A stretch of DNA of 64,000 nt from Desulfurococcales archaeon (GTDB lineage: Archaea; Thermoproteota; Thermoprotei_A; Sulfolobales; Desulfurococcaceae), in NCBI GenBank assembly GCA_027022365.1, contig JALVYU010000026.1:1-64000 (forward strand), given 5' to 3'. How positions within the stretch are numbered: position 1 is the first letter of the stretch; each line of letters opens with the position of its first letter. Below, piece after piece: positions 49,452 to 59,340 of the stretch. The notes beneath the pieces were generated by a model. It made no database searches. It saw nothing but the letters and a program-made list of their open reading frames with translations, and was not told where the DNA came from. The position numbers were made by a program, and so were the translations under genes.

Positions 49452-50144
49452 ATGAATGGATCACCGGATAGAACAGTGAAAACCATTAAAGATCACCATA
49501 GCGAAGAAAACGGTTCAACCGGTAATTATAGTAGGATATTTTTTCATCGGGAATTACTCCTTATATATCCTATAATAACAATAGATCAAGTACGCACGCT
49601 TATTCGATGCCAAGAGACATTTAAGGAAATCATTTCGAGTCTTGAGAAAGTAAAAATGCTTGTTATCATAAATGATAGAAACAAGGAGATAAACACTCTT
49701 TTAAAAATAATGTCAGCAGCAGTTGTGCGTGAACCCGAGCATTTAATCGAGATAGCCGAGAATATTTCAACTCTATTGGGATCCAGTAGCTTGAGCGAAA
49801 AAGAGCACGCTCTATACGAGCTATCATATTACAAGGAGATTTACGGCGAATTACTAATACTCGAACTGATCAAGGTTTGCAAAGACACTGGAATTCAAAC
49901 CATGCAGAAGGAAGAGACGAAGAGGCTATTCGGAGAAATATTTGCAGACAGATTAGATAAAAGGATGACTATAACGTTTATCTCTGAATATACTATCTGC
50001 AGGGACAGGGACAAATTAGTAGATATTTTAAAATGTATTGTTAGCCCGTTGAGCAAAAGATATACCATAACGTTTCTGTTACCGCAAGAACTATTGTTTC
50101 TAAAGAAACTAATTCCATGCAAACCAATTATTATACAGTGCTAA
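49452..50144 (+). CDS. Hypothetical protein
   Basis: 230-aa ORF in operon context, AT-rich, no recognised motif. Confidence 0.55.
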   Translation: MNGSPDRTVKTIKDHHSEENGSTGNYSRIFFHRELLLIYPIITIDQVRTLIRCQETFKEIISSLEKVKMLVIINDRNKEINTLLKIMSAAVVREPEHLIEIAENISTLLGSSSLSEKEHALYELSYYKEIYGELLILELIKVCKDTGIQTMQKEETKRLFGEIFADRLDKRMTITFISEYTICRDRDKLVDILKCIVSPLSKRYTITFLLPQELLFLKKLIPCKPIIIQC

Positions 50145-50165
50145 AATGTAGAAGAGGATATCATA

Positions 50166-50492
50166 ATGACTAAGAGGGAGGATCTAAAAATATATCGGAA
50201 CGAAGATGTGCTCGAGATAATCGCTGCTATACCTCGTGGGCATTACCATACGAGGTTTTTAATAAGATTTAAAGATCAGGAAATCCTATTACAAGAGGCA
50301 ACCATAGCAGCGATTGTTCGGGCTTATGCGTTGGTCTCCCTCCATCCTTTAAGAAGGGGGGTAATCCTAAGGAATAAGTCATTAAAGAAACATGAAAAGA
50401 AAATAGGCTTCGCCTACAACCAGTTAATCGAGATACCCGGTTCCGAGGAAGAAGCCTTAGACATTATTTCGTCGATCGTTGGTGATAAGTGA
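50166..50492 (+). CDS. Conserved hypothetical protein
   Basis: GAGG RBS; IPRGHYH.R, LQEATIAAIVRAY...HP. Confidence 0.72.
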   Translation: MTKREDLKIYRNEDVLEIIAAIPRGHYHTRFLIRFKDQEILLQEATIAAIVRAYALVSLHPLRRGVILRNKSLKKHEKKIGFAYNQLIEIPGSEEEALDIISSIVGDK

Positions 50493-50495
50493 GAA

Positions 50496-50912
50496 ATGGC
50501 TAGGATTAAATATGTTCCCGACCAGAAAATCAAAGAGATCGTAGATACTATAGTGTCCTCTATACCAGAATATTTTAGCCATATAGATACTGCTAGAGTG
50601 TTCGTTTACAGAAGCTACAATAGTAGGAGCGGAGTAATAGCTAGGATCCATGGTTTTCCAAGGATATGGCAACTGGCGCTTGGAAGCAGGCCAGCCTATA
50701 TTATTGAGATTATAAGTGAGAACTTCGATCTTCTCCAATGCCATGACAAGATCAGAACAATAATTCACGAGCTCCTTCACATACCTAAAACGTTCAGTGG
50801 CGGTCTTCGTCCTCATGGTAGATACGTTAATCCACAGATAATAAACAGGGCCTTCCGTATTTTGTCCAGTAGACTGGAGATAGAGGATTTATGTAATAGG
50901 TTTGGGTGTTGA
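50496..50912 (+). CDS. Putative metallopeptidase (phage-metallopeptidase-like, COG4900-type)
   Basis: IHELLHIPKTFSGGLRPH HExxH motif. Confidence 0.85.
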   Translation: MARIKYVPDQKIKEIVDTIVSSIPEYFSHIDTARVFVYRSYNSRSGVIARIHGFPRIWQLALGSRPAYIIEIISENFDLLQCHDKIRTIIHELLHIPKTFSGGLRPHGRYVNPQIINRAFRILSSRLEIEDLCNRFGC

Positions 50913-50933
50913 AATATATCTTGGTGTTAGGAA

Positions 50934-52061
50934 TTGAAGCTCTACGAGTTTGAGGCAAAGAAGATTGTTAGGGACTATGGCATACCCGTACCAGATGGAA
51001 TGCTTGCGAGGAATATCGATGAAGCTGTAGAGGCCGCGAAGAAAATCGGGGTTCCCGTCGTCCTCAAATCCCAAGTACTCGTTGGTAGGAGAGGTTTGGC
51101 AGGAGGCATCAGGATTGCTGAGACGCTAGAGGATGTTGCTAGAGAGGCGGAGAATTTGTTTAATACTAGGATAAGGGGAGAAGAAGTAAAGTACCTCCTG
51201 GTCGAGAAGAAGATCGATTTTAAGCGCGAGCTTTACTTATCTCTCACAATAGATAGGGCCGCCAGGAAATATGTGTTCCTAGCATCTCCCCTTGGCGGTG
51301 TTGAAATAGAGGAGCTGGTTAAACAGTATCCTGACAAGTTATTGAAGCTTTACATAGACCCGGCTACTGGTTATTCGCCATACATGTCTAGAACAGCCGC
51401 CAAATTCTTGGGGTTGTCTAAGGAGACGTGGAAGGACCTGCATAGTATTATGAATTCTATGTATAAATTGATGATAGAGCTCGATGCTGAACTAGTTGAG
51501 TTTAACCCATTAGCCGTTACAGACAAGGGACTTATAGCGCTCGACGCGAAGATCAGGATTGATGATAATTCTCTATATCGTCACCCGGAGCTGCAGGACA
51601 AGGCCTTAAGAGAGCTATCCCCTAGAGAACAGGTTGCTAAGAAGTATGGCTTCTCGTATGTTGAGCTAGACGGTAATATAGGGATAATATGTAATGGTGC
51701 TGGATTAACTATGGCTACAATGGATCTAGTGGCATATTATGGTGGTAAACCTGCAAACTTTCTCGATATAGGGGGAGGCGCGACAAGAGAGCGTGTCAGA
51801 GAAGCCACTAAGCTTATTCTCACGCACGAAAGAGTAAAGGTAGTTCTGATCAATATTTTTGGAGGAATTACAAGGTGCGATGAAGTGGCACGAGGGGTGA
51901 TCGAAGCCGTTGAAGAGACAGGAGCACATAAACCCATAGTGGTAAGAATGCTTGGAACAAACGAGGAGGAAGGCAGGAGAATCTTGGAGGAATACGGCTA
52001 CAAGGTTTTCTCTGAAGCAGACGAGGCTGTGAAAAAGGCCGTAGAACTTGCAAGGAGGTGA
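50934..52061 (+). CDS. sucC: Succinyl-CoA synthetase beta subunit
   Basis: [52 protein letters not shown]. Confidence 0.96.
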   Translation: MKLYEFEAKKIVRDYGIPVPDGMLARNIDEAVEAAKKIGVPVVLKSQVLVGRRGLAGGIRIAETLEDVAREAENLFNTRIRGEEVKYLLVEKKIDFKRELYLSLTIDRAARKYVFLASPLGGVEIEELVKQYPDKLLKLYIDPATGYSPYMSRTAAKFLGLSKETWKDLHSIMNSMYKLMIELDAELVEFNPLAVTDKGLIALDAKIRIDDNSLYRHPELQDKALRELSPREQVAKKYGFSYVELDGNIGIICNGAGLTMATMDLVAYYGGKPANFLDIGGGATRERVREATKLILTHERVKVVLINIFGGITRCDEVARGVIEAVEETGAHKPIVVRMLGTNEEEGRRILEEYGYKVFSEADEAVKKAVELARR

Positions 52062-52067
52062 AAAAGT

Positions 52068-52940
52068 ATGGGCATACTCGTGGATAGAAACACTCGTGTA
52101 TTGATCCAAGGAATAACCGGAAGAGAGGGCTCCTTCCACACGAAGCTCATGCTGGAATATGGTACAAAGATAGTTGCAGGAGTTACCCCTGGTAAGGGCG
52201 GTCAAGTGGTACATGGGATCCCGGTATATGATACCGTCAAAGAAGCCGTTGAACACGTTGGCTCAATCGATGCATCCGTTGTCTTTGTCCCATCCCGTTT
52301 CGCCAGAGACGCTGTTCTAGAGGCGATTGATAATGGTATAAAGATCGTGGTAGTTATAACTGAGGGCATATCCGTTCACGACGAGGTCGTAATGGTTAAC
52401 CATGCAAAACATAATGGAACGATAATGATAGGGCCCAACACACCCGGCGTATTGACAGCAGGCGAAGCAAAGCTAGGGATCATGCCTGCACACGTCTTTA
52501 AGAAAGGATGCATAGGGGTTATCTCGAGGAGCGGGACTCTAACCTACGAGATAGCCAGGGAGCTAGGCAAAAAAGGATATGGCGTCTCAACAGTGGTGGG
52601 CATGGGCGGAGATCCTATTATCGGCATGAATTACATAGAACTATATGATCGCTTCGTTAGAGATCCTGAAACAAAAGCACTAGTAATCATTGGTGAAATA
52701 GGCGGTGATGCCGAGGAAAGATTCGCAAAATACTATGTGGGTACTGGGAGAGAAAAACCGATTGTAGCATATATTGCCGGAAGAACAGCGCCTCCGGGAA
52801 AGAGAATGGGGCATGCAGGTGCTATTATATCGATGGGGCTAGGAGACTATAAGTCCAAGAGAGAAGCATTAGAAAAAGCAGGCATACCTGTGGCCGATAA
52901 GCCGTCTGATGTGCCTAGGCTTCTAAGCGAAATACTATAA
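52068..52940 (+). CDS. sucD: Succinyl-CoA synthetase alpha subunit
   Basis: [39 protein letters not shown]. Confidence 0.96.
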   Translation: MGILVDRNTRVLIQGITGREGSFHTKLMLEYGTKIVAGVTPGKGGQVVHGIPVYDTVKEAVEHVGSIDASVVFVPSRFARDAVLEAIDNGIKIVVVITEGISVHDEVVMVNHAKHNGTIMIGPNTPGVLTAGEAKLGIMPAHVFKKGCIGVISRSGTLTYEIARELGKKGYGVSTVVGMGGDPIIGMNYIELYDRFVRDPETKALVIIGEIGGDAEERFAKYYVGTGREKPIVAYIAGRTAPPGKRMGHAGAIISMGLGDYKSKREALEKAGIPVADKPSDVPRLLSEIL

Positions 52941-53007
52941 ACACGGTTAGCTAATCACACAAGTTTTATTTTTCACGAGACATAACTATTCTTTCAGGTG
53001 GAATATC

Positions 53008-53427
53008 ATGTCTGCAGTAGTGAAGGAGTTCGGCTCCTTCGGGGATCTATTAAAATCGATAGACAACGAATTAGCAGCTCTCCGTCAGCAGTTAGGCGAG
53101 TATTTAAGGAGACTAGAAGACATTAGGGCAAAAAGTGAGCAGGAAAGAAAGCTTAAGGAGCTATTGAAGAACCTCACCGGTGAAGAACCCAGCGGAAAAG
53201 GCAAGATAGTTGACCTCAAAGAATGCAAACTAATCATTAACCCCGACGCTGAACAGGAAGCAAGTGTTATGGAAGAATTGATCGACAGGATAAATAAGGC
53301 GATTCAGAACCTTCAGAGTATAAGGAAGGCATTAGAGCCTCTCTCAGGCGTAGAGGTCGAAGCAAAAATAGTCGTTATATATAAAGAAGGCGTCCCAACA
53401 ACAATAATGCTGAAACTAGCGTCCTAG
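53008..53427 (+). CDS. Coiled-coil hairpin hypothetical protein
   Basis: Two long heptad helices separated by a short beta segment; CAGGTGG RBS. Confidence 0.75.
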   Translation: MSAVVKEFGSFGDLLKSIDNELAALRQQLGEYLRRLEDIRAKSEQERKLKELLKNLTGEEPSGKGKIVDLKECKLIINPDAEQEASVMEELIDRINKAIQNLQSIRKALEPLSGVEVEAKIVVIYKEGVPTTIMLKLAS

Positions 53428-53553
53428 TCTGACCACTAGCTATTGTTAATGCCATTGAATACATAAACTAGAAAGATTTTGTGGAATTCTCTTGTCAATT
53501 CTCAACAATTATTTAAATCCGCCATTATCAATACTTCTAAAAAGGTGGTCCTC

Positions 53554-54087
53554 ATGGTTCTAGATAAGCTAGGCCCTGGCAAAAAAGCACCTGAAGAAGT
53601 AAATGTATTTATCGAAATACCTATGGGTAGCAATGTAAAATATGAGCTGGACAAGGAAACGGGGCTCATAAAGGTCGATAGAATACTATTCACAGCAATG
53701 TATTATCCATTCAACTATGGATTTGTTCCAGGCACTCTCGAGGAAGACGGTGATCCCGTCGACATACTGGTGATCTGTTACACACAGCTTCATCCAGGGG
53801 TAATCCTAAAAGCTCGCCCGATCGGCGTACTCCTAACAGAAGACGAAAAAGGCAAAGATGCTAAAATAGTTGCTGTACCTGTATCCAAGATCGATCCAAC
53901 ATGGGACAAAGTTAAAGACATTAATGATCTCCCAGCAATCATAAAGGAAAAGATCGCCCACTTCTTCGAGCACTACAAGGAACTTGAGAAAGGGAAGTGG
54001 GTTAAAGTAGTCGGATGGGAAGGAAGAGAGGCCGCACTAAAAAGAATAGAGGAAGCCATCAATAGGTATAACGAGTCTAAAAAGTGA
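53554..54087 (+). CDS. ppa: Inorganic pyrophosphatase, family I
   Basis: [33 protein letters not shown]; AGGTGG RBS before ATG 53554. Confidence 0.96.
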   Translation: MVLDKLGPGKKAPEEVNVFIEIPMGSNVKYELDKETGLIKVDRILFTAMYYPFNYGFVPGTLEEDGDPVDILVICYTQLHPGVILKARPIGVLLTEDEKGKDAKIVAVPVSKIDPTWDKVKDINDLPAIIKEKIAHFFEHYKELEKGKWVKVVGWEGREAALKRIEEAINRYNESKK

Positions 54088-54094
54088 TCTACAA

Positions 54095-54757
54095 ATGATT
54101 CCTACGCATACTAAACTACTTGTTTTTACCATCGTCCTGATATTATCTTCATTATCGCTAAGCACAATTAGTTATAGCTCGATCACATCTTATACTGGCA
54201 CGCTTTACTATATAGTACAATTAAGTATTAACTCAAACAACGGGTTTTCTATCCCAGTAGAATGTGTGATCAAGGCTAGTGTTGTTAGGGATGAAATAAG
54301 ATCCGTAGAGATCATTAATCTGAACTATCTCTCAACATTTAATCTACCACCCGACATCCTCAAGATAATAGAGTATAGCTTGAAATACTGGCTAGGAAAC
54401 ATTGAGTTATTCTACCACGTTAGATCCGGTACAGAGACCTACGTGAGTATTGAGGGCAAAATTGTTAGGGCATACGTTATCACTCTAGGTAGGACAATAC
54501 AGTATAGAGAAGCTAATACTGGGTTCTATCTGGGCGGAATAATTAATGATATACCCTATAGAGGCGCAACAGGGACATATAGAATAAGCCTCATATCATA
54601 CTTGTATAAACTTAGTCCAGATATTATATTGAAGCAATTCGCCGTTATAAAGCCACCACGTGAACAGGTAATAGTATTCGGAACAATAATATTGCTGATA
54701 ATTATCGGAGGAGTAATACACACGTTTTATCGTTGGAAAGATTATAGATTAACATAA
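54095..54757 (+). CDS. Secreted, C-terminally anchored hypothetical protein
   Basis: N-terminal signal and C-terminal TM helix. Confidence 0.7.
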   Translation: MIPTHTKLLVFTIVLILSSLSLSTISYSSITSYTGTLYYIVQLSINSNNGFSIPVECVIKASVVRDEIRSVEIINLNYLSTFNLPPDILKIIEYSLKYWLGNIELFYHVRSGTETYVSIEGKIVRAYVITLGRTIQYREANTGFYLGGIINDIPYRGATGTYRISLISYLYKLSPDIILKQFAVIKPPREQVIVFGTIILLIIIGGVIHTFYRWKDYRLT

Positions 54758-54760
54758 AAT

Positions 54761-54825
54761 AATCAGAACGGCTCTTCTTCATCATCCTTCTATCAGTTCA
54801 GTTTCGCAGGCGTTCCTCATCAAGT
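54761..54825 (-). ncRNA. Box C/D guide sRNA; D guide complementary to 23S PTC region
   Basis: Minus strand: C UUGAUGA - GGAACGCCUGCGAAA - D' CUGA - C' AUGAUGA - AGAAGAGCCGUU - D CUGA. Confidence 0.82.
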
Positions 54826-54853
54826 TAATAGCATTATGTGTTGAGGATAATCA

Positions 54854-56008
54854 TTATTTCTTCGATAACATATAATACACAAGCCTAGTATAGGCTGATA
54901 TTTCTTTGTGGAAACGAGTTCTGTCGAAGAATAATGAGCGTTTATGCCCATTCTGGCTAAGGGTTAACCATATATCATGGTTCATTATTACTTGTTTTAT
55001 CTTATACTTAAGATCTCGTGGTCCTTTATAGGGGAGACCTATGTTTATGTTTTTGGATAATATATCGGTCCAAGAACCACTGTTTATAGGTACGATAACC
55101 GGCGTGCCCGCAGCCATTGCCTCCACTATGCTTATTCCGAAATGTTCTCTCTCGGTGGGATGAACATATAGCATCGCCTTCCTATATAATTCTATAAGTT
55201 CTTCTCTCGAAGGATTTACGCGAATATCTAGGTAGTCCTCGACACCATATTTATCAGCGTATTCCATGAGTCTCTTCATCACTATTTTACTATACTTGCC
55301 TATGGCGCCTGCGAGTACAACCCTGTAACGGGTGAGGCCTAGTTGTTTCAGTATTTTTGCGACGAGAATAGCCTTTTCGGGCTGTTTTTCATATGATATC
55401 CTTGACACCATTAATACATAGGTATCCCTCTCCTCTCTCGGTAGAGGATTGTTTTTGAGCCCATTGAGATTAACGGGGGGATAGACTATGACTGGTCTTC
55501 TAAAGAGCATCTTTTCAACGAGCATTGCTGTGAAGCTGGAGTTAGCAAGTATTAGCTTTACTCTTTTAAGGCTGATCGGGGTGACCAACCTGTTAAAGAA
55601 TGAGTAGATATAGCCGCTTATCTTCAAAAGACCGCGTATCCCAGAGTAATAGATATCTGTTCTCAAACTGCTGGGAAAGTGAAAATAAATAATATCGGCT
55701 AGGCCGCTCAGCACATCACCACTGGTGTTGAATATTATGTCGGGATCACTGCAGTCTCCCAGACCAAACCTGAGATCCTCCAGGTGTATTCCATAGAATT
55801 TTGCCAGCCGTACAAGCTTATGTGGCGTATCGAGGGTCAAGCCGTGGAGATATACTCTAAAACCGTTCTTAGATAGAGCGATAGCGGTTTCGAGAGCCGT
55901 ATATTCCGCACCACCCATACCCATTAGCATGTATCCCGTCATATGGTGTCTAACGAGCACAAGTGGTTTTGATCGCAAGACCATGCACCGCTCATTCAAA
56001 TATGTCAT
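54854..56008 (-). CDS. GT4 family glycosyltransferase (ALG11-like)
   Basis: GGAE, YFHFP, ANSSFT, VYPP, SRISYEK, EHFGISIVEAMAAG. Confidence 0.9.
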   Translation of the reverse strand: MTYLNERCMVLRSKPLVLVRHHMTGYMLMGMGGAEYTALETAIALSKNGFRVYLHGLTLDTPHKLVRLAKFYGIHLEDLRFGLGDCSDPDIIFNTSGDVLSGLADIIYFHFPSSLRTDIYYSGIRGLLKISGYIYSFFNRLVTPISLKRVKLILANSSFTAMLVEKMLFRRPVIVYPPVNLNGLKNNPLPREERDTYVLMVSRISYEKQPEKAILVAKILKQLGLTRYRVVLAGAIGKYSKIVMKRLMEYADKYGVEDYLDIRVNPSREELIELYRKAMLYVHPTEREHFGISIVEAMAAGTPVIVPINSGSWTDILSKNINIGLPYKGPRDLKYKIKQVIMNHDIWLTLSQNGHKRSLFFDRTRFHKEISAYTRLVYYMLSKK

Positions 56009-57047
56009 CGATTACTTTTGGGCCCGGAAGCACGAGTGCTCTAAATCCTCTGGCTTTCAGCTCTGCGGCAAGCTTATACGGTTCTCCCTGACGACCAGCC
56101 TCGACAACAACCAGTTTCGGTCTTGCTCGCTCTACATACTCTACAAGCTCATCGAAATCTGCGTGATCACTTAGGGCTACCAGCCAGCTGTAGGGATCAA
56201 GTCTCTTAATCGGATCGTTAAACTCCCATCCACTCAATATTACGTAGTAGTAGTCACCATTTAGTTTCCTGTACTTCGCCCTCGACATATGTTGAAACAT
56301 GATATATCTACCGCTACTCTTGATCATATATCCCTTATTAGTTCTTAAACTATAGTATTCACCTATATCATAACCGTGTTTCTCAGCGATCCTCGTTACC
56401 CTATAGATTCTCTCAGGCATGAGGAAAGGCTCATTAACCCCATATTTTCTCAGTATTCTCATAGCCTCCTGCAATTTGCCGTGGTACCCGTATATTATGA
56501 CTGGCCCCTTGCGCAGCAGATCTGAGACCTGATCAACGAATAATTCCTCAATATCGTCCTTGAAAGGGCGACGATATTTTGGATCACCATATGTTGACTC
56601 AATAACAAGTACGTCGAGACCTCGCATTATCTCTGTTTCACCGCCAAGCTTAAAGTCTCCTGTATATCCTATCTTGTAGCCATCAACCTCAACAAGAACC
56701 TGACAGGCACCAATAATGTGTCTAGCGGGAATGAGTTTTATCTTCTCGTCCATGAACTCGACTTCTTTGTTATAGGGTAGAGGGACAACTTTGTTTTTGA
56801 AGATACTTCTATATTTTCCACGGACATATCCTAGCTCTAATAACAGATCAACTGTTGCTTGTGTGGCTATAATTGCCGATGAATGAACAATACTCTCGTT
56901 CAGCCCCACGACGTGGTCGTAATGAGCGTGTGTTATAACACGAACTAATCTCTTCCCAAACCCGTCGACCTCATATATTCTCCCAAGGAGAACAGCGCCT
57001 GTATCAAGTACGTTGACATATTTCAGCAGAGCTGCTAGCTGCGCCAC
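55992..57047 (-). CDS. MBL-fold beta-CASP-type nuclease
   Basis: THAHYDH, RHIIG, YTGDF, ESTYG, LSDHAD. Confidence 0.88.
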   Translation of the reverse strand: MAQLAALLKYVNVLDTGAVLLGRIYEVDGFGKRLVRVITHAHYDHVVGLNESIVHSSAIIATQATVDLLLELGYVRGKYRSIFKNKVVPLPYNKEVEFMDEKIKLIPARHIIGACQVLVEVDGYKIGYTGDFKLGGETEIMRGLDVLVIESTYGDPKYRRPFKDDIEELFVDQVSDLLRKGPVIIYGYHGKLQEAMRILRKYGVNEPFLMPERIYRVTRIAEKHGYDIGEYYSLRTNKGYMIKSSGRYIMFQHMSRAKYRKLNGDYYYVILSGWEFNDPIKRLDPYSWLVALSDHADFDELVEYVERARPKLVVVEAGRQGEPYKLAAELKARGFRALVLPGPKVIDDIFE

Positions 57048-57090
57048 TTCTATGACACCAAATCAGCCTCTAGGCCAGAAGATATAGTTG

Positions 57091-57807
57091 TTAGCCGATA
57101 AGACTCTTATCCACGGGTCTCCATCTCTGCTGGCTCGAGTCATAATATATTAGCCCGCTCCTCTTCAGCCTCTGAAATATCTCGTAGCCTATTGGGTCCA
57201 GAATCTTTTTGATCTCATCATCGATATTGGTACTTATCTCTTCGAATATCCTACGTTTTAGTTCAACCCAGTACTCCCTGTCTATAGCGACCCTCTCACC
57301 ATCGAGTACGATGACCTTTGCTCCTTCTCTTTCTAGATATTTGAAGAAACTATCCCTGTTCTTTAGCCCACGAAGACTGCTTTCAAACAATACTTTTTCT
57401 TCTCTGAGCCTTTCAATTCCTGATTTTCTCTGTCTCTTCGAAGGCTGTCTAGTGGGTTGATAGTACTGGTATCTCGCTGTTTGTTTGGATAACTTTGATT
57501 GTAACTCATTTATCCTGGTTTCGAGATTCTCGATTCTCTCGATCAATTCCGCATATTTTCTCTTCAGATCCTCTATGACAGAGACATACTGATTAATAAC
57601 ATCCTGCGTTATCCTAGCAACCATTGATTTTAGCTTAGCCCTATCTATTCCTTGTTGGACAGGTCTTCCTAGAGTCGAAAGCACTAGATCCCTTACATAC
57701 GAAGATAATAGTTCATATCCTTCCTCGGCGGCCTTCTCCTTCAAAGCCTCGTAGGTCTCCTCGTCAATCGTGAAAGCAACTATTCTCCTTTTCTTGGAAG
57801 ACGTAAT
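57091..57807 (-). CDS. Ribbon-helix-helix + coiled-coil + C-terminal wH protein (ORF track start 57744; extended to ATT 57807)
   Basis: In-frame ITSSKKRRIVAFTIDEETYEALKEKAAEEGYELLSSYVRDLV is a complete RHH; GGAGG 5 nt before ATT. Confidence 0.8.
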   Translation of the reverse strand: MTSSKKRRIVAFTIDEETYEALKEKAAEEGYELLSSYVRDLVLSTLGRPVQQGIDRAKLKSMVARITQDVINQYVSVIEDLKRKYAELIERIENLETRINELQSKLSKQTARYQYYQPTRQPSKRQRKSGIERLREEKVLFESSLRGLKNRDSFFKYLEREGAKVIVLDGERVAIDREYWVELKRRIFEEISTNIDDEIKKILDPIGYEIFQRLKRSGLIYYDSSQQRWRPVDKSLIG

Positions 57808-57940
57808 ACCACCCTCCTCTATGAATAAATCATATAGCCAACTATATTTGATAGTTTGGCAGGAGAAACAATATCAATGATAAGGTCCCTACCCGTTTAG
57901 CCGCTATAGGTTCCTCCATAAAGACTGGGGTGACACTGCT

Positions 57941-58789
57941 ATGCTATATAGTGATGCTCATCTTCATTCTAACCCTATATCCGGGCTTGGTGCTGAAAAA
58001 ATCGGGAAGAAAATGAGGGAAACTGGTGCATGGTTTGCATGCCTAGTTAGCCTCCCACCATACCATTATGGGTTTGGATTATCGGTAGACGATTACAGGA
58101 GATCAATAGATATGCTGGTGGGCGAGGCGAAGAAGCTTAGGGAGGCGGGGCTTAAGGTAAGAGTTCTTGCCGGGTTTCATCCGGCTGAGATAGATGAGCA
58201 TATGCGGCATGGACGTAGCCCGGAGGAGATCATAGATCTCGCGGAAAAGGTCTTCAAAATAATAGTTGAAAAGTTCAAAGAAGGAATCATCGATGGTATC
58301 GGTGAGGTTGGAAGACAGCATTACAGCACTGCTCCCAGTAGGATCGTCTTGTCGGAGCTCATAATGATCAGGGCTTTCGAGATAGCAAGAGACCATGGCA
58401 TGATCGTGCATCTTCATCTCGAACAAGGAGGATACACAACTGTTAAATCCATAGAAAGACTCGTTGATTTCATAGGGCTAAGGGAAGACACTGTTTTTCT
58501 ACATCACGTGACCTATAACGAGGCGGTGTACGCAGAGAAAACAAATATGAACTACACTGTTCCTGCAAAGTATAGATCACTCAAAAAAGTCTTCGGCTCA
58601 AACCTATCAAGGCTCCTGATAGAGTCGGACTTCATAGATGACCCTAAGAGACCCGGCGTATCATCTTATCCGTGGGATATACCTAGGAGGGTGGCCAAGC
58701 TGATCGAAGAAGGAATAATTGATGAAGAACAAGCAAACAAGGTTTTCATCGATAATACTGTGAAAGCCTATCGGGTCGAGCCTCCCTAA
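57941..58789 (+). CDS. TatD-related metal-dependent hydrolase
   Basis: DAHLH, GFHP, GIGEVG, HLHLE, LHH, IESD. Confidence 0.88.
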   Translation: MLYSDAHLHSNPISGLGAEKIGKKMRETGAWFACLVSLPPYHYGFGLSVDDYRRSIDMLVGEAKKLREAGLKVRVLAGFHPAEIDEHMRHGRSPEEIIDLAEKVFKIIVEKFKEGIIDGIGEVGRQHYSTAPSRIVLSELIMIRAFEIARDHGMIVHLHLEQGGYTTVKSIERLVDFIGLREDTVFLHHVTYNEAVYAEKTNMNYTVPAKYRSLKKVFGSNLSRLLIESDFIDDPKRPGVSSYPWDIPRRVAKLIEEGIIDEEQANKVFIDNTVKAYRVEPP

Positions 58790-58976
58790 GTAATCCGCTA
58801 AAAACAACTCCCTGATCGACATATTTTCTCTCCCGTCTCGCCAATATATGAACGTATGTCCTTAATTTTTCGTCACAGATGCTTCTTAAGGATCGGAATA
58901 TTTTATCTAGTTCCTGTATATTATCGACATCGACTATTATATCAGCACATTTCACGACTTTTATACGAAAAAACAT
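58746..58976 (-). CDS. Possible small hypothetical protein
   Basis: GGTGA RBS before ATG 58976; fills the gap between + strand genes; no motif. Confidence 0.35.
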   Translation of the reverse strand: MFFRIKVVKCADIIVDVDNIQELDKIFRSLRSICDEKLRTYVHILARRERKYVDQGVVFSGLLREARPDRLSQYYR

Positions 58977-59055
58977 ATGGCTCACCAACACCGTTTGAGT
59001 AGCCAAAATAAATTATGCATTATTGGTTATACGTTATTTTGCCGGGTGCAGAACA

Positions 59056-59340
59056 TTGGAAGCATCTAGCGACGTATGTGACATATGTGGCGAGCCTGGG
59101 GCACACCATGTTTGTAGGAGATGTGGAAGAAGAGTCTGTGATTTAGACTATGATGAAAATACGGGTTTGTGCAGAATATGTCTCGAAACTAATTGCGAGA
59201 TATGCGGTAAATACCCGGCAATCGGATACTGTATGGTTTGTGGTAGAGTAGGGTGTGAAGATTGCCTAGTCCAAATATCCACAGTTGCTTACGTCTGCAA
59301 AGAATGTATTAGGAAGGGGATGTACAGTCTTGATAAATGA
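59056..59340 (+). CDS. Multi-CxxC zinc-finger protein
   Basis: Seven CxxC-type pairs in two tandem repeats; GGGTG RBS before TTG 59056. Confidence 0.8.
   Translation: MEASSDVCDICGEPGAHHVCRRCGRRVCDLDYDENTGLCRICLETNCEICGKYPAIGYCMVCGRVGCEDCLVQISTVAYVCKECIRKGMYSLDK

Noticed and set aside
50496-50912. Phage-type metallopeptidase as evidence of a provirus
   Set aside because: It sits in a housekeeping run before sucCD, with no integrase, att sites or viral genes nearby.
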